Shown: piece by piece, positions 1-11,908 of the stretch | Numbering within the stretch: the first letter of the stretch is position 1 | How the letters are laid out: every line of letters starts with the position of its first letter | Origin: Calditrichia bacterium | GTDB lineage: Bacteria; Calditrichota; Calditrichia; JAJRVZ01 | DNA: 64,000 bases | Direction of reading: 5' to 3' | Assembly (NCBI GenBank): GCA_963796965.1 | Contig: CAWCNS010000004.1 | Coordinates: forward strand, 416,001-480,000 | Translations under genes and position numbers: made by a program | The notes under the pieces: model-generated | What the model was told of the DNA's origin: nothing | Databases searched by the model: none | What the model saw: only the letters and a program-made list of their open reading frames with translations

Positions 1-461
1 ATGAGTTTGGTTACGGTTTGTCGTACACAACATTCGATTATTCAGATTTGAAATTGAGCAGCACTAACTTCTCCTCAAAAATGAACGTTACTGTGACTAT
101 AAAGAACACTGGAAAAGTAGCTGGTAAAGAAGTTGTTCAATTGTACCTTGCAGCTCCGAGTATAGAGATTGAGAAACCAGTACAAGAGCTAAAGGGATTC
201 GCCAAAACAAAATTACTGAAACCTGGAGAGAGCCAACAACTTTCCTTCGAATTGGATGAACGTTCTCTGGCTTCATTCTGGAGTGGCATTAGTGCATGGG
301 TAGCGGACAAAGGCGATTACGAAGTGCGTATCGGTGCATCGTCAAAAGATATTCGCCTTAAAAAGACATTTAATTTGCCAGAAGAAATAGTTGTAGAAAA
401 GGTACATGACGTATTATATCCAAATTTTATGATGAAAGAATTGAGCCGATTTGATAAATAA
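1..461 (+). CDS. GH3 beta-glucosidase, C-terminal Fn3-like part (5' end outside window)
   Basis: Frame is open from base 3 and reads EFGYGLSYTTF...KNTGKVAGKEVVQLY...ELKGFAKT...GASSKDI, the standard GH3 C-terminus. Confidence 0.92.
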   Translation, partial: EFGYGLSYTTFDYSDLKLSSTNFSSKMNVTVTIKNTGKVAGKEVVQLYLAAPSIEIEKPVQELKGFAKTKLLKPGESQQLSFELDERSLASFWSGISAWVADKGDYEVRIGASSKDIRLKKTFNLPEEIVVEKVHDVLYPNFMMKELSRFDK

Positions 462-548
462 TAGTGAAAAAAATATCCACGAATTGCACAGATTTATACC
501 CGTAAAACGGGCCCTTCGGCCGAATTTCATGAATTATTACTGATTTGG

Positions 549-870
549 TTCCCCCTTTAGAGGTGGTTAGTGGGGATGTAATAATAGGAAAATTCATTAT
601 AATCCAAAATTGACGGAACGATTAATTCACTTAATTCCGAAGGAATTGAATATGAATAACCCCGAATGTAATTTGGGGAAGACTATAACGAAAAGACTGT
701 CAACTCTGAAGGAGTTGAATTTATTTTAATGATTATTAAACTGCTTTGCAGTTTCAAATCTATGGAATACTTACATCTTCGGGTTACACCCAAAGTTAAT
801 CAAGTTTTACTGCTTCGCAGTATAAGTTGAAGAAAAAAACATCCCCCTAGCCCCCTTCAAAGGGGGAATT
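549..870. repeat. Composite palindromic spacer: inverted pair of family-A (CATCCCCCT..AGGGGGAA) units enclosing AAYTCYGAAGGARTTGAAT hairpins
   Basis: 549-579 is the near reverse complement of 839-869. Internal hairpins are aattccgaaggaattgaat (633-651), aactctgaaggagttgaat (702-720) and ccccgaatgtaatttgggg (660-678). Confidence 0.8.
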
Positions 871-905
871 AAATTGTGCTTCTAAAACAGATAAAGGATT
901 TGATC

Positions 906-2206
906 ATGAAAGGTTTTCGTAGAAGTATTTTAAGTAATATCGTAACTTGTCTCTTGGTAATCAAACGGCATGCAAAATTAATATCGTTTTTTTTGATACT
1001 TCTGCTTGTCTCAGCTTGTGGAAAAACCGATGCTCCTGAGCGTATTGATCTATCAACAGAGTGGCGTTTTTCGGGGGATGAAAGTAATATTGGTCAGAGT
1101 GAAAAATGGTATGCTCCCGGTTTTGATGATTCACAGTGGGCTAAAATTGATGCCGGAAAACGATGGGAAGATCTGGGATATCCTGATCTGGATGGTTATG
1201 GCTGGTATAGAAAAAAGGTTGACGTTCCGGCGGGATGGACAGGGGAAAGTGTATGGATAAAATTTAATGGTGTAAATGATGCCTATGAATTGTTTATCAA
1301 TGGGACTAGTGTCAGTTTTTTTGGTGAAGCAAATATTAGTTTTGCCAGTAAACCCACCTTTTCAGAGATATCCAAACATTTAAAAACTGGCGAGACCAAT
1401 CATATTGCAGTAAAAGTTAATGACTGGGGGAACAGTGGCGGTTTGTGGCGCTCACCAATTATATTGACAACTGATGAAAATGAAGTTAAAAATATATTAG
1501 GCCCCATGACAGATACCCAATATACGCCTGAGAGTTTAGGATACGAACTTTTCTGGGAAGACCAATTTGAAGGCAACGAATTAGATCCTGATAAATGGGC
1601 TGTCAGGGGTGTTGGGCCTCGTGCAGCCGGCTATGTCTCTCCTGAGGCTGTAAAAGTAAAGGGTGGATATCCTGGAATTATTGGCCCTTAGAAAAGAATG
1701 ATTCAATTCTAATAGGAGCGGTTGGTACACAAGGTCGTTTTATGACAACGTATGGCTTTTTTGAATGCCGCGCCCAACTCCAAAAATCGGATGGGAATTG
1801 GGCTGCTTTTTGGATCCAATCTACTGATATTGCCAAGGGCGAGGATCCAGGAAAATATGGAGTGGAAATCGATATCATGGAACATTTTAAAAAAATGGGA
1901 AAAGATATCGTTTCGCATAATTTACATTGGGCATATGGACCCAATCAGAAAACTGTGGGAGCGATGGAAAGTAAACGTGATGGTGTCAGCGAAGGTTTTC
2001 ATACTTTTTCTGTAGAATGGACGCCGGAGAAATATGTGTTTTTTGTAGATGGATATAAATATTATGAACTCACTCAGGCTATTTCTCATATTGATGAGTA
2101 CATTATCCTAAGTATGGAACTTCCAAGTAAAAGAGAAGACTTGAAGGATTCGGTGTTTCCTGATGTCTTCCTGGTGGATTACGTGAAAGTGTATAAGAAG
2201 AAATAG
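906..2206 (+). CDS. Lipoprotein: GH2-type galactose-binding-like domain fused to a GH16 catalytic domain (frameshifted ~1670-1700)
   Basis: Lipobox LLVSAC. GYGWYRK..W.KFNGVND in ORF 876-1691. GH16 motifs WEDQFEG, YGFFECR, WAAFW, EIDIME, FHTFSVEW and VDYVKVY span both ORFs. Removing two bases restores YLELL..NDSILIGAVGT. Confidence 0.82.
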
Positions 2207-2276
2207 AACATAGATTGAGTTTTCGTATCATTAATGTCCAAATTAAAACAAAAATCACTATTTTATCATGTATTTG

Positions 2277-2363
2277 CATTCAAAAACCCCTTCTCTTCTT
2301 TATGAGAAGGGGCTCCTCAAAGTCCCTCTCTTTGTAAGAGAGGGATTTAGGGTGAGTTTTTTA
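2277..2363. repeat. ~86-bp double-hairpin dispersed repeat (copy 1)
   Basis: Near-exact reverse complement of 26618-26703. Stems are ccccttctc/gagaagggg and tccctctctt/aagagaggga. Confidence 0.92.
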
Positions 2364-2386
2364 AATCATTTCCCTTCTCCATTTAG

Positions 2387-2436
2387 TGTATAGACCGGAG
2401 AGATGGGTTGCAGGTGTTCGGGGACATAGTTTACAC
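2387..2436 (+). mobile_element. Possible orphan IS481-like terminal sequence
   Basis: Starts with TGT and carries two imperfect direct repeats (ccggagagatgggttgca / cggggacatagtttaca). No transposase is adjacent. The resemblance is from memory only. Confidence 0.35.
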
Positions 2437-2521
2437 TTTTAAATTTTAGTGCTTCCTTTACAATTCTAAACCGGATGTTTAAAATATTACTTTCATTGAG
2501 ATAAAAAATCATGATACGCAT

Positions 2522-3511
2522 ATGAAAAATAAATTCATCACACTGTGGATTATTTGGAGTCTGTTAGGGGCATTGTTAGTGTATGGTGTTGCGTCTTCTG
2601 ATTCAAAGAATACCACACTAGCAATCATCGCCCAGGTCTTAAGCTTTTCACCTCTCCTGGGATTAATGCTCGCATTAGGATCACGAAATGCTTTCGGTCA
2701 GTTTAAGGACTGGATAAGAAGAGACAAAAATTCGATTTATTATGTTGCGGGTGGTCTATCTCTCCTCTTCGCCATACCGGGAATATTAACCGGATATTTT
2801 AATCCTTATAATACGACTATTTTTACAGCCATTGTTTTTGTGGTATTTGGTGCATTAAAACAGCAGGCAGATGAAAGTTTTACCATCAGCTGGACGGATG
2901 CTGCCTTATGGCTCATCCTTTGGATCCCTTTTGATCTTCGTTGGTATACAGGAATGCAACCGATTCTTGACTATACCTGGTGGTCTATTGCCATTTCTGT
3001 TATTGCTATAATTGGATGGGGTGGATACAGAGGAGTTGATATTGGTTTTAATCTAGTTCCTAAATTCAAAGATTTCTTTGTAACCGTACAGGCATTGATG
3101 ATAATAATGGTCATTGTGATTCCTCCCGGAATTGCAACGGGATTTCTATCTTTTTCTATTCCGGAAGCTTATGATGTTCCCAAGCTATCCGTTCATTTTA
3201 TAGGGTTGTTTCTAACAGTTGCCTTACCAGAGGAATTATTTTTCAGGGGTATACTGCTCAGGGGTCTTGAAAATGTATCTTCTAAGAAATGGGTTCCCAT
3301 GGTTGTATCCTCCCTGGCATTTGGGCTCATGCACTGGAATAACGTTAATGACTTATCAATACAAATTACCTATGTTTCTTTAGCAACCATTGCCGGGTTT
3401 GGCTATGGCTGGGCATACAAAAAAAGTGGAAATAATTTATTTGCTGCCATACTTGTGCATACTCTTGTTGATTGGATTTGGAAATTGTTACTATCTACAT
3501 TAATTGCATAG
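2522..3511 (+). CDS. CPBP (CAAX/Abi) family intramembrane metalloprotease
   Basis: Multi-TM protein with motifs EELFFRG, FGLMH and HTLVD. Confidence 0.92.
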   Translation: MKNKFITLWIIWSLLGALLVYGVASSDSKNTTLAIIAQVLSFSPLLGLMLALGSRNAFGQFKDWIRRDKNSIYYVAGGLSLLFAIPGILTGYFNPYNTTIFTAIVFVVFGALKQQADESFTISWTDAALWLILWIPFDLRWYTGMQPILDYTWWSIAISVIAIIGWGGYRGVDIGFNLVPKFKDFFVTVQALMIIMVIVIPPGIATGFLSFSIPEAYDVPKLSVHFIGLFLTVALPEELFFRGILLRGLENVSSKKWVPMVVSSLAFGLMHWNNVNDLSIQITYVSLATIAGFGYGWAYKKSGNNLFAAILVHTLVDWIWKLLLSTLIA

Positions 3512-3553
3512 TTAATTTTTTACCACTGCCAAAGGAAGAATTAAACAATTACC

Positions 3554-3720
3554 ACCCCCTATTTCTGCCTCCTTACTAAGGAGGGGGATTAAGGGGGAGG
3601 TCATTCAAGGACTTTTTTTTCTTTGTGATCTTAGTGCCTTCTTTGAGAACTTTGTGGTAAATCTTTTATCTTTTTTCAAATTTGATCCCGTAAAACGGGG
3701 CAGGCTCGGAGGGCGAGCCC
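3554..3720. repeat. Composite spacer: family-A variant, family-B arm and cccgtaaaacggg hairpin
   Basis: cctccttactaaggagggggattaaggggg at 3568-3597. ctttgtgatcttagtg..ctttgtggtaaat at 3621-3662 is the near reverse complement of 42393-42434. cccgtaaaacggg at 3687 also occurs at 499. Confidence 0.8.
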
Positions 3721-3750
3721 AGAGTTCTCAATATTAGGGAAACTTATATT

Positions 3751-4656
3751 ATGAAAAGACGAGATTTTCTTCAAACCATGACAAAGACGGGTGCAGCTGT
3801 TGGGTTAACCCATTCATTGGGTGCCACCAATTTTCCAGAGGCTTCAAGAATTATTAAACCTGAAGGTGAACTAACGTTTCGGGACCGGGGCTGGGTCTGG
3901 GAGGGACAAGGCATTGATCCCGGTGTACCACCTTCCATTTACGGTCTGGGGCAAGGCGCCCGCTACTTTGGTCTGTCGCGTGTCAACTACTTATTTCATC
4001 CCAACGATGTACATGCACTCCGCTTATTGGAAGATTATACGGAGGTCACCTGTGATATCAGTAAATGGGGGTGGGAATGGAATGAGGATGGTCGCCCCAG
4101 ATGTGCTCCCAAAAGCGATCCGGCAACTGTCCAATCAGAAGGTGAAAATGTGGCACGTATGTCTAAAAAGTTCCAGAATATAACCGGTGTATACTGTGAT
4201 GATCTTTATGGGTTGATGAAGCGATATAAATATGGCCCCAGGGAATTTGGCGGGATCCGCTCTGCTATCCGAGAGCTGAATCCTGATCTCAATCTTTGGA
4301 CGGTGGTATATACCCATGAGTTTGAAAAAGTGGATTTCTGGACCGGGATGAGACCGCATATAGATATTGTCACTTTGTGGATCTGGAATTATGAAAATAT
4401 CACCCATCTTAACAAATACGTAGATCAATGCCATGAGCTGTTTCCGGACAAACCGATTATTATGGGTGTGTATTTGCGTGATTATTCAAAAAGGATACCG
4501 GTTCCCCTTGACCACGTTCGCGCCCAGATGAATGGTATCGCCGATCTCATCGCGCAGGGGAAGCTAGCAGGCTATTCGATCCTTGCCGCTGTCCTGATTG
4601 ACGGACACCGCCCCCAGGCAGATACGATCCGTGAGTTCATTGAACGTCAGGCTTGA
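3751..4656 (+). CDS. Tat-exported hypothetical protein, possibly TIM-barrel glycoside hydrolase-like
   Basis: Twin-arginine signal MKRRDFL. GVYCDD and IIMGVYLRDY segments. No family recognised. Confidence 0.7.
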   Translation: MKRRDFLQTMTKTGAAVGLTHSLGATNFPEASRIIKPEGELTFRDRGWVWEGQGIDPGVPPSIYGLGQGARYFGLSRVNYLFHPNDVHALRLLEDYTEVTCDISKWGWEWNEDGRPRCAPKSDPATVQSEGENVARMSKKFQNITGVYCDDLYGLMKRYKYGPREFGGIRSAIRELNPDLNLWTVVYTHEFEKVDFWTGMRPHIDIVTLWIWNYENITHLNKYVDQCHELFPDKPIIMGVYLRDYSKRIPVPLDHVRAQMNGIADLIAQGKLAGYSILAAVLIDGHRPQADTIREFIERQA

Positions 4657-4717
4657 TTCATATTGGAGAGCACAATATTCATAAACAGGATGTAATATTC
4701 CAGATGAGAGGAAATAA

Positions 4718-6517
4718 ATGATAGGGTTAAAAGCAGTGGTTATTTGTATAGTTTGCATGTTGTTAACGTTGCAACTTTTTGCTCAATCCGGGCATCCACT
4801 TTCTTCTGCAAACTCAAAAGATGATGTAAAAAATCATATTGCACCACCTGACATACCCAAAGGCAAAAATTTTTCCTTTGGCGGAAAGTACAGGAGTGCA
4901 GATGATAGTTTTATCTTTGGAATAATAGCTGACCGAGCCGGAGGCAACCCCATAATAGGATGGCCCTATTTTGAACAGGCTATAAGAGATATGAATGTGC
5001 TACATCCTGATTTTGTATTCATGCCCGGTGACTTAATTGATGGCTATAATCACAGGGAAGGACCTGAAGGGGCTGCGCAGGACTTTAATGAACAATTCGA
5101 TCTATTTACGCATTTTGCAAATAAATTAGAAATGCCCCTCTATTGTGTTCCTGGCAATCATGACTTACCATCCCAAAAGATGATAGCGCCATACCAGGCA
5201 CGATTCGGGAAACTATGGTATTCGTTCGATTATCGTGGTGTTCACTTTATTGCCTTGAATACTGAGGCAAAACCTGGTGAGGGACATAATTTTACCGAGG
5301 AACAGGTAGAATGGGCCATTTCAGATATCGCAACAAGCATTAATGCCCGTCACACAGTCGTCTTTATGCACAACCCTGCCTGGCATCGCAAACGTCCGGA
5401 AAATTTAATGTATCGTCAGTGGTTAACGATAGAAAATGCTTTAAAGGGAAGAAAATACACCGTTATTGCTGCTCATACACACAGGCTTTCCACTACTGTC
5501 CGAAACGGCCGACCGTATTATATCATGGCTAGTAGCGGCGGTATGCAAAGAAAACCACACAGTTTTTACCGCGGAAACACACATCATACAGCATTAGTTA
5601 AAATTGAAGCCGACACGCTTCACTTATCCATTCTTGAGTTGGGAGCAACCCACGGCATCGATCAGGTGAGAAAAACGCGGAAACGCATTGAAAGAATTGA
5701 AACAATTCGTTCCCTTCAATCCAATGGGAAAAAATTTCAGGCGGAAATTTCTGCCTGTATCACTAATCCGCAAACCCGGGAAATACTTGTAGAATTCTCA
5801 CTGCATGGATTGTCTCTAAACGGTTGGAGATCATCTGCAGGAGAACGATTGAGCAAGGTAATTTCACCAGGTGATAGCATCATTTTCCAAACGGTGCTCT
5901 CAATTTCCAATCCTACTATATCTTACCCCCCGGTTTTAAATATCACCGCTAAAGATAATGGTCTTAAACTTGTAAATCACAGTGCAAAAGTGCCTATTTT
6001 TAAAAAAGAGGATTTTAGGACGATTTCAAATTGGCACAGCGCAGCCCCTTTTGAGGGTCGTCCACTTTCATATACAGATCCGCCGTTCGATCTTCAGCGG
6101 GTTTTCCCGGCAATGTTTAATGACTATGGACCCGAAACACAACCATGGAGTCCTGACGATAAATTCCAGGATGGTATTGGTTGGATACAGACTATTGCTA
6201 ATGAGAAGGACCAGGTGGATTTTGGTAAAACGTATGGCTATCTGCATAAAAACCTCGGCTATGCGATCTCTTTTGTGGACAGTCCGGATGATAGATTGGT
6301 GTATGTTAACTTTCTCGCCAATGATTTTGGTCGAATCTGGCTCAACGGAGAAAATGTTGGACAGGAGATGTTCTTTATTGGAGACGGAATGAAGCCATTC
6401 CCTGTCTGGCTTAAAAAGGGACGCAATACCATCCTGGTCAAGGTGGTCAATATGTACTATAACTGGAACTTTATTTTAAAATTAACAGACGTAGATCATT
6501 CTCTTAAGTTCTACTAA
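4718..6517 (+). CDS. Secreted calcineurin-like metallophosphoesterase with C-terminal PA14-like beta-sandwich
   Basis: Signal peptide. Motifs IIAD, PGDLIDG, PGNHD, MHNP and AHTH. Confidence 0.85.
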   Translation: MIGLKAVVICIVCMLLTLQLFAQSGHPLSSANSKDDVKNHIAPPDIPKGKNFSFGGKYRSADDSFIFGIIADRAGGNPIIGWPYFEQAIRDMNVLHPDFVFMPGDLIDGYNHREGPEGAAQDFNEQFDLFTHFANKLEMPLYCVPGNHDLPSQKMIAPYQARFGKLWYSFDYRGVHFIALNTEAKPGEGHNFTEEQVEWAISDIATSINARHTVVFMHNPAWHRKRPENLMYRQWLTIENALKGRKYTVIAAHTHRLSTTVRNGRPYYIMASSGGMQRKPHSFYRGNTHHTALVKIEADTLHLSILELGATHGIDQVRKTRKRIERIETIRSLQSNGKKFQAEISACITNPQTREILVEFSLHGLSLNGWRSSAGERLSKVISPGDSIIFQTVLSISNPTISYPPVLNITAKDNGLKLVNHSAKVPIFKKEDFRTISNWHSAAPFEGRPLSYTDPPFDLQRVFPAMFNDYGPETQPWSPDDKFQDGIGWIQTIANEKDQVDFGKTYGYLHKNLGYAISFVDSPDDRLVYVNFLANDFGRIWLNGENVGQEMFFIGDGMKPFPVWLKKGRNTILVKVVNMYYNWNFILKLTDVDHSLKFY

Positions 6518-6586
6518 GTACCTCTGAATGAGGGATACGTGTTTTATAATCTAAGATATGCAAGATCTAAAACCCTATAATCTTTT

Positions 6587-6643
6587 CTTTGTGTTCTCTG
6601 CGCCGCGCCTGCCGGCGGGCAGGTCTTTGCGCCTTTGTGTGAA
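6587..6643. repeat. Family-B arm interrupted by cctgccggcgggcagg hairpin
   Basis: ctttgtgttctctgcgcc-[gcgcctgccggcgggcagg]-tctttgcgcctttgtgtgaaa. Confidence 0.7.
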
Positions 6644-6682
6644 AAAAGATCCACAGATTAGAAAATTATAAGGATTCATAAT

Positions 6683-8333
6683 ATGCATAACCCTAATTTC
6701 CAAACAGGTTCAATAGAACTTAAAACCCTCGGTCTCCTGGTTTTAATTGCATCATCTTTTCTTTTATCGCCGGCGATCGCTTCACAACCCGTCATTTATA
6801 ATGTTACCGAATTCGGCGCCATTGGTGATGGCAAAACGAAAGATACACAGGCTATTCAGGCTGCTATCCAATCTGCAAATGAAGCCGGTGGCGGTACGGT
6901 TTATTTTCCAGCCGGAACCTTTTTATCGGGTACAATTATTCTGAAAAATCATGTGACTCTATTTCTTGAAGCCGGATCAATCCTGCTGGGCAGTACGGAT
7001 CTTGCCGATTATCCCTCAACTCCGCCTAAATTTCGATCTTATACAGAGACCTACTTTCATCAGAGTCTGATTTATGGTGAAGATCTTGAGAATATTACAA
7101 TTAAGGGTCGGGGAACAATAGATGGGCAGGGAACCACTTTTAATGATCAGCCCTTTCGAAAACGACCCTGTCTGATCCGTCTGGTAAAATGTACGAATGT
7201 GCGGGTGCGGGATATTACATTGGTAAACTCTGCATTCTGGGTGCAGCATTATCTGGCCTGCGATGATTTGGTTATTAGCGGCATCCGTGTCAATAGTATG
7301 AAGGGCGTAAATAATGATGGCTGCGATATAGATGGTTGCCGAAATGTGCGTATTTCTGATTGTTACATTCATTCGGCCGATGATGCCCTGGTGTTAAAAA
7401 GTACTTCTAATCAAACATGTGAAAATGTGACGATTACAAATTGTGTGTTAAGTACAGAATCACAGGGATTTAAATTAGGTACTGAATCTAACGGTGGTTT
7501 TCGAAATATCACCATGACGAATTGTACGATACGTAAACCAGGTTTGGATGAAATGGATTGGGACCGAAAACCACGTGGTGTGGCTGCTATTGGTTTGCTG
7601 ATGATTGATGGGGGTGTCCTTGAGCGGATTAATGTTTCAGATATCACAGTAAGAGGGATGGAATCAATTCTGTTTATTCGAGTACGTAACCGGGCTCGAC
7701 AATTTACGCCAATGGTACCAAAACCTGGCATTGGAATCGCTAGGGATGTCCATATCAGCAATATCATTGCCCGGGATATTGGTCCGCGGGGGGCTGATAT
7801 TACAGGTTTGCCCGGATATCCCGTAGAAAATGTTACGATAAGTAATATCGATGTGACCGTTGAAGGCGGCGAAAAAGCTTTTCCACCCGGGATATGTAAT
7901 TAAAGAGATTACCGAAGGAGATCCGGCTCTACTTTTAGACCATGCTACAAAAATGAAAAAACTTCTACCCTCTTATGGATTTTATTGTCGTCATGTAAAG
8001 GGATTAAAATTTGATAATATAAACTTTGCCTGGGATAAAAAGGATTTTAGGCCGGCTTTAATTTGTGAGGATGTTCAGGATATGGAGATCGATCGATATA
8101 TGGGTCCGGGTATACCTGATAATGCCCCCATGATTGTTCAGAGGGATGTAGAAGATATTTTTATCCGAGGTTGTGTTGTTCCGGAAAACACAGGTGTATT
8201 TATGCGATTTGAAGGCCAGAATAAAAATATTGTTGTCATGGGAAATGATTTGAGCCGGGCAAAGATCCCATTTGAATTTGCGGAGGGATCTTCGGATAGT
8301 GTATTGACTAATATGTATAATCGGGTTAAATAG
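6683..8333 (+). CDS. GH28 polygalacturonase-like beta-helix enzyme (frameshift ~7890)
   Basis: FGAIGDG, NNDGCDID, ADDALVLKS and FKLGTES motifs. The second ORF (7860-8333, LPSYGFYCRHV) matches the C-terminal part of the neighbouring GH28. Confidence 0.9.
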
Positions 8334-8351
8334 GATTATTGGTTTTGCTTT

Positions 8352-8592
8352 TAACCACGGAGAGACACATGTAAAATAAACACGGAGTGAATTGTCAGAG
8401 ATTTTTGAAAGCTGAAATTATAGCACAATTTTTGAGAGAGCAAGATCTATCTCCCCTTTGAGAGGGGGTGTTGCAGTATCTTTTAAATTCACAATCCTTA
8501 GTCCCGTAACGGGATTCCCCCTTCAAACGGGGAATTAGGATTTTCCTTTCTTGTCAAAAACAAGTCTTGCCAGAGGAAACGAAGATCACGGA
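8352..8592. repeat. Composite spacer with family-A hairpins and degenerate family-B arms
   Basis: ctcccctttgagagggg at 8451, ttcccccttcaaacggggaa at 8515, tcccgtaacggga at 8502, taaccacggagagacac at 8352. Confidence 0.65.
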
Positions 8593-8758
8593 GAAAAATA
8601 TATAATTTAAAATTCGGTTATGTATAGATCTATAATCAATAATTATAATTTAAGACGAGAGATATAACACCCTATAATGATTCTTTAGGTTATCCGCAGT
8701 CTATGCGTCGTTGCATGAGAAAAGAAATTCAGAAAAGAATATTAAAAGGATACTCACT

Positions 8759-11366
8759 ATGAAAAACAGCAGATTATATCATAGTCCAGTAAGAATTAAG
8801 AATTTAATTCTTATGGCAGCAATAACGTCATTTATTTTTGTCTCACAGTCAGTCGGGTCTCTGAGTAGTATTTATGATGTCACGGATTATGGTGCCGTTG
8901 GGGATGGCGTAACCTTAAATACCAAAGCGATCCAGGAGGTTATTGACGTGTGTGCTGAGAAGGGTGGTGGAACCATATATTTCCCCACCGGGACCTTTTT
9001 ATCCGGAACAATCTATTTGAAGGATAATATACGTTTGTACCTAGAGCCAGGAGCAATCCTCTTAGGCAGCACGAATGTAGAAGATTATCCCCTAAATAAA
9101 ACCCGTTTCCCATCCGGCTCTGATCGGTATGTAGCCAGAGCCTTGATCTGGGGTGAAGATCTTCATAATCTTACCATCACCGGGCGGGGAACCATCGATG
9201 GGCAGGGTGCCTTATTTTCTGATAGTCCTATTCCTCAAGAGGAGTGGAAAGGCCTTGTCACTGTTTTTACCGATACGACCCGTTTTCTTCCTGAGCCATT
9301 TTATATCAACCGTCCCTATCTGATCCGCCTGGTCTCCTGCCGTAATATACTCGTTGAAAAAGTTTCGCTGCAAAAACCAGCCATGTGGCTGCAGCAATAT
9401 TTAAATTGTGAATATCTTACACTCCGAGACCTTAATATCTATAGCCATGGTAATCCCAATAATGATCTGATCGATATTGACGGTACACAAAATGTGATCA
9501 TCTCCGGTATATATGGCGATTCCGATGATGATGGTATCACCTTAAAAAGTACGACCGGCAGGCCTGTTCAGAATGTCACCATTTCCGATTGCATAATCCG
9601 CAGCCGGACAAATGCCATAAAGGCAGGAACAGAATCCGCCAGCGGCTTCAAAGATATCACCATCACAAATTGTATCTTAAAACCATCATTGGCGGATAGC
9701 GGCTATTCTGGCCGCTCGGAAGGTCTGGCGGGAATTGCCCTGGAACTTGTAGACGGTGGTGAGATAGACCGTGTGACGATATCCAATATCACAATAGAAG
9801 ATATGGCAGCCCCAATTTTTCTACGCCTGGGAAACCGTGCAAGACCAAACAGACCTAATCAAATAAAAAAACCTGTTGGCACATTCAAGAATGTAAAAAT
9901 TAGCAATATTACAGCGACCAATGCGGGAAGGAATGGCTGTTCTCTTCTGGGTATCGCCGGCCATTATATTGAGAATGTCTCCATCTCCAATGTCTATATC
10001 AATTTTGACGGAGGAGGGACAAAAGAGAATGCGAAATCTGACTATCCGGAGAATGATGGGGATTATCCGGAGAGTATTCGATATGGAGATTTGCCCGCCT
10101 ACGGTTTCTTCTGCCGCCATGTGGATGGGCTCACTTTTCGTGATGTACAATTTGATTTTAACGAGAAGGAATATCGCTCACCTCTGATCTGCGATGATGT
10201 AAAAAACCTGAAGATTTTTAATTTTAATGCAGAAGTTTCAGAAGAAGCCTCTGCCCAGATTATCCTGAGGGAGACGAAAAATGTGTTCATATCCGAATGC
10301 CGGCCGGAGCCAATGGATATCTTTATGCGACTTGAACGTCATTCCGATCAGATAAAAGTAGTTGGGAATGACCTTAGTCAGGTCAAGCGCCCCTTTATTC
10401 TTGATGAAACCGTGCAATTATCTGCTCTCTATGCTGTGGGAAACCTTCCCGCTGACCGGTCCTTGTTTTCCATGTTAGAACCGGCCATTGAAAGAGCTGA
10501 TCTTGGAAAGGTAACAATACGATCATTTACAGCGGATGCAGATATCCGTTATACCTTAGACGGCACAGCTGTAGCAAGAAATTCAAAAAATTATAAAGGA
10601 CCTTTCGAGCAGATAGCAGCCGCTACTGTAAAAGCGAAAGTATATAAAGGTGAACAGGAAAGCAGTACTGCTGTCCTTGATTTGCCTCGTTTGCAGGTTA
10701 TGAACCCCATCATCAATCCACCCTATTCCTTTTTTAATGAATCGGTAAAGATTTCATCTGGAATCTCCTACCCCCGATGCCGAATTGCGGTATACCCTCG
10801 ATGAATCATTGCCAGTCACAGATTGGGATATATATACAAAACCTTTTAATCTGAATAAAAGTGGCATTCTAGCGGTTCGGGCATTCAAAGAGGATTATAG
10901 CGCGAGTGACATGACATATTCTGTAAATGAACGCGTTCCTCAGAGAAACGGTGTTTATTATAAGTATTATACAGGAAGCTGGAGAAAACTTCCGGACCTG
11001 CTGACACAAACTCCTGCACGAACCGGAAGGGTTGATCAATTCCGACTTGAAAAAGTGGGAACCCGTAAAACTGATTTTGCTTTGCTGATGATCGGGTATG
11101 TGGAGATAGAAAAAGCAGGTATGTATACCTTCTATTGCGGATCGAATGATGGCAGCGCATTATATATGGATAATACCTTATTAATTGATAATGATGGCCA
11201 CCACGGTTTTGTTGAATTGTCAGAGGAAATGTATCTCTCGGAAGGCATCCATCAGGTTGAGGTGCGTTATTTTCAACTGGGAGGCGGGCAAAGTCTGAAG
11301 GTGTCCTGGCAGGGTGAGGGATTTGAGAAGAGGGAATTGTCTCAGGATGATCTGAAGGTATTTTAA
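8759..11366 (+). CDS. GH28 enzyme with Fn3-associated (RYTLD) repeats and PA14 domain (frameshifted ~10750-10790)
   Basis: YGAVGDG, NNDLIDID, DDDGITLKS and IKAGTES motifs. RYTLDG. PA14 motif SNDGS..IDNDGHHG..YFQLGG in ORF 10785-11366. Confidence 0.9.
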
Positions 11367-11761
11367 TCTGTTCTCTGAGCCCGCATAGAAAAATATATAA
11401 AATAATCCTATCTCTGTGACCTTTGCCTGCCCGCCCTCCCATGTAATTGTAATTTTATAACTCTGTGGTGAATGAGAACGGTCAAATATCATACCAATCC
11501 AAAATCGCAACAATAGTAGGGAATTACGGCCCTGAAACCGGGGATAAGCCCCAAAAGTGTGCGGTTTTAATTTCAAATTCTTCTTAACTACCTGAAATAT
11601 ATGAATTATAAAAATACTGTTCTGGTGGAAAGTAAGATCGGTTGGATAGAGTTTTAACTGCTGCTTAGATGGGAAATATCAAGGATTCATTTGTATTCAG
11701 TGATACAACTTATCCGCATCGGTGGATTCAGCGAGTGTGAAAGGGTAGAGTCAGGGGTATC

Positions 11762-11908
11762 CAAAGCATAGACTGCCGGGTCGTGTATACATGGATCTAT
11801 GGGTACCGAATGTGTAGTTATCCAACCCCCGAGATTATGTATATGGAATCCCTGAATGCATACTTGCTATACCCGTGTATACATGCATGTGAAGGGTCAG
11901 AATGCATA
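11762..11908. repeat. Degenerate 9-bp motif (GWATRCATR) at 23-bp spacing in a long non-coding gap
   Basis: caaagcata 11762, gtatacatg 11785, gaatgtgta 11808, gaatgcata 11854, gtatacatg 11877, gaatgcata 11900. Confidence 0.5.
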
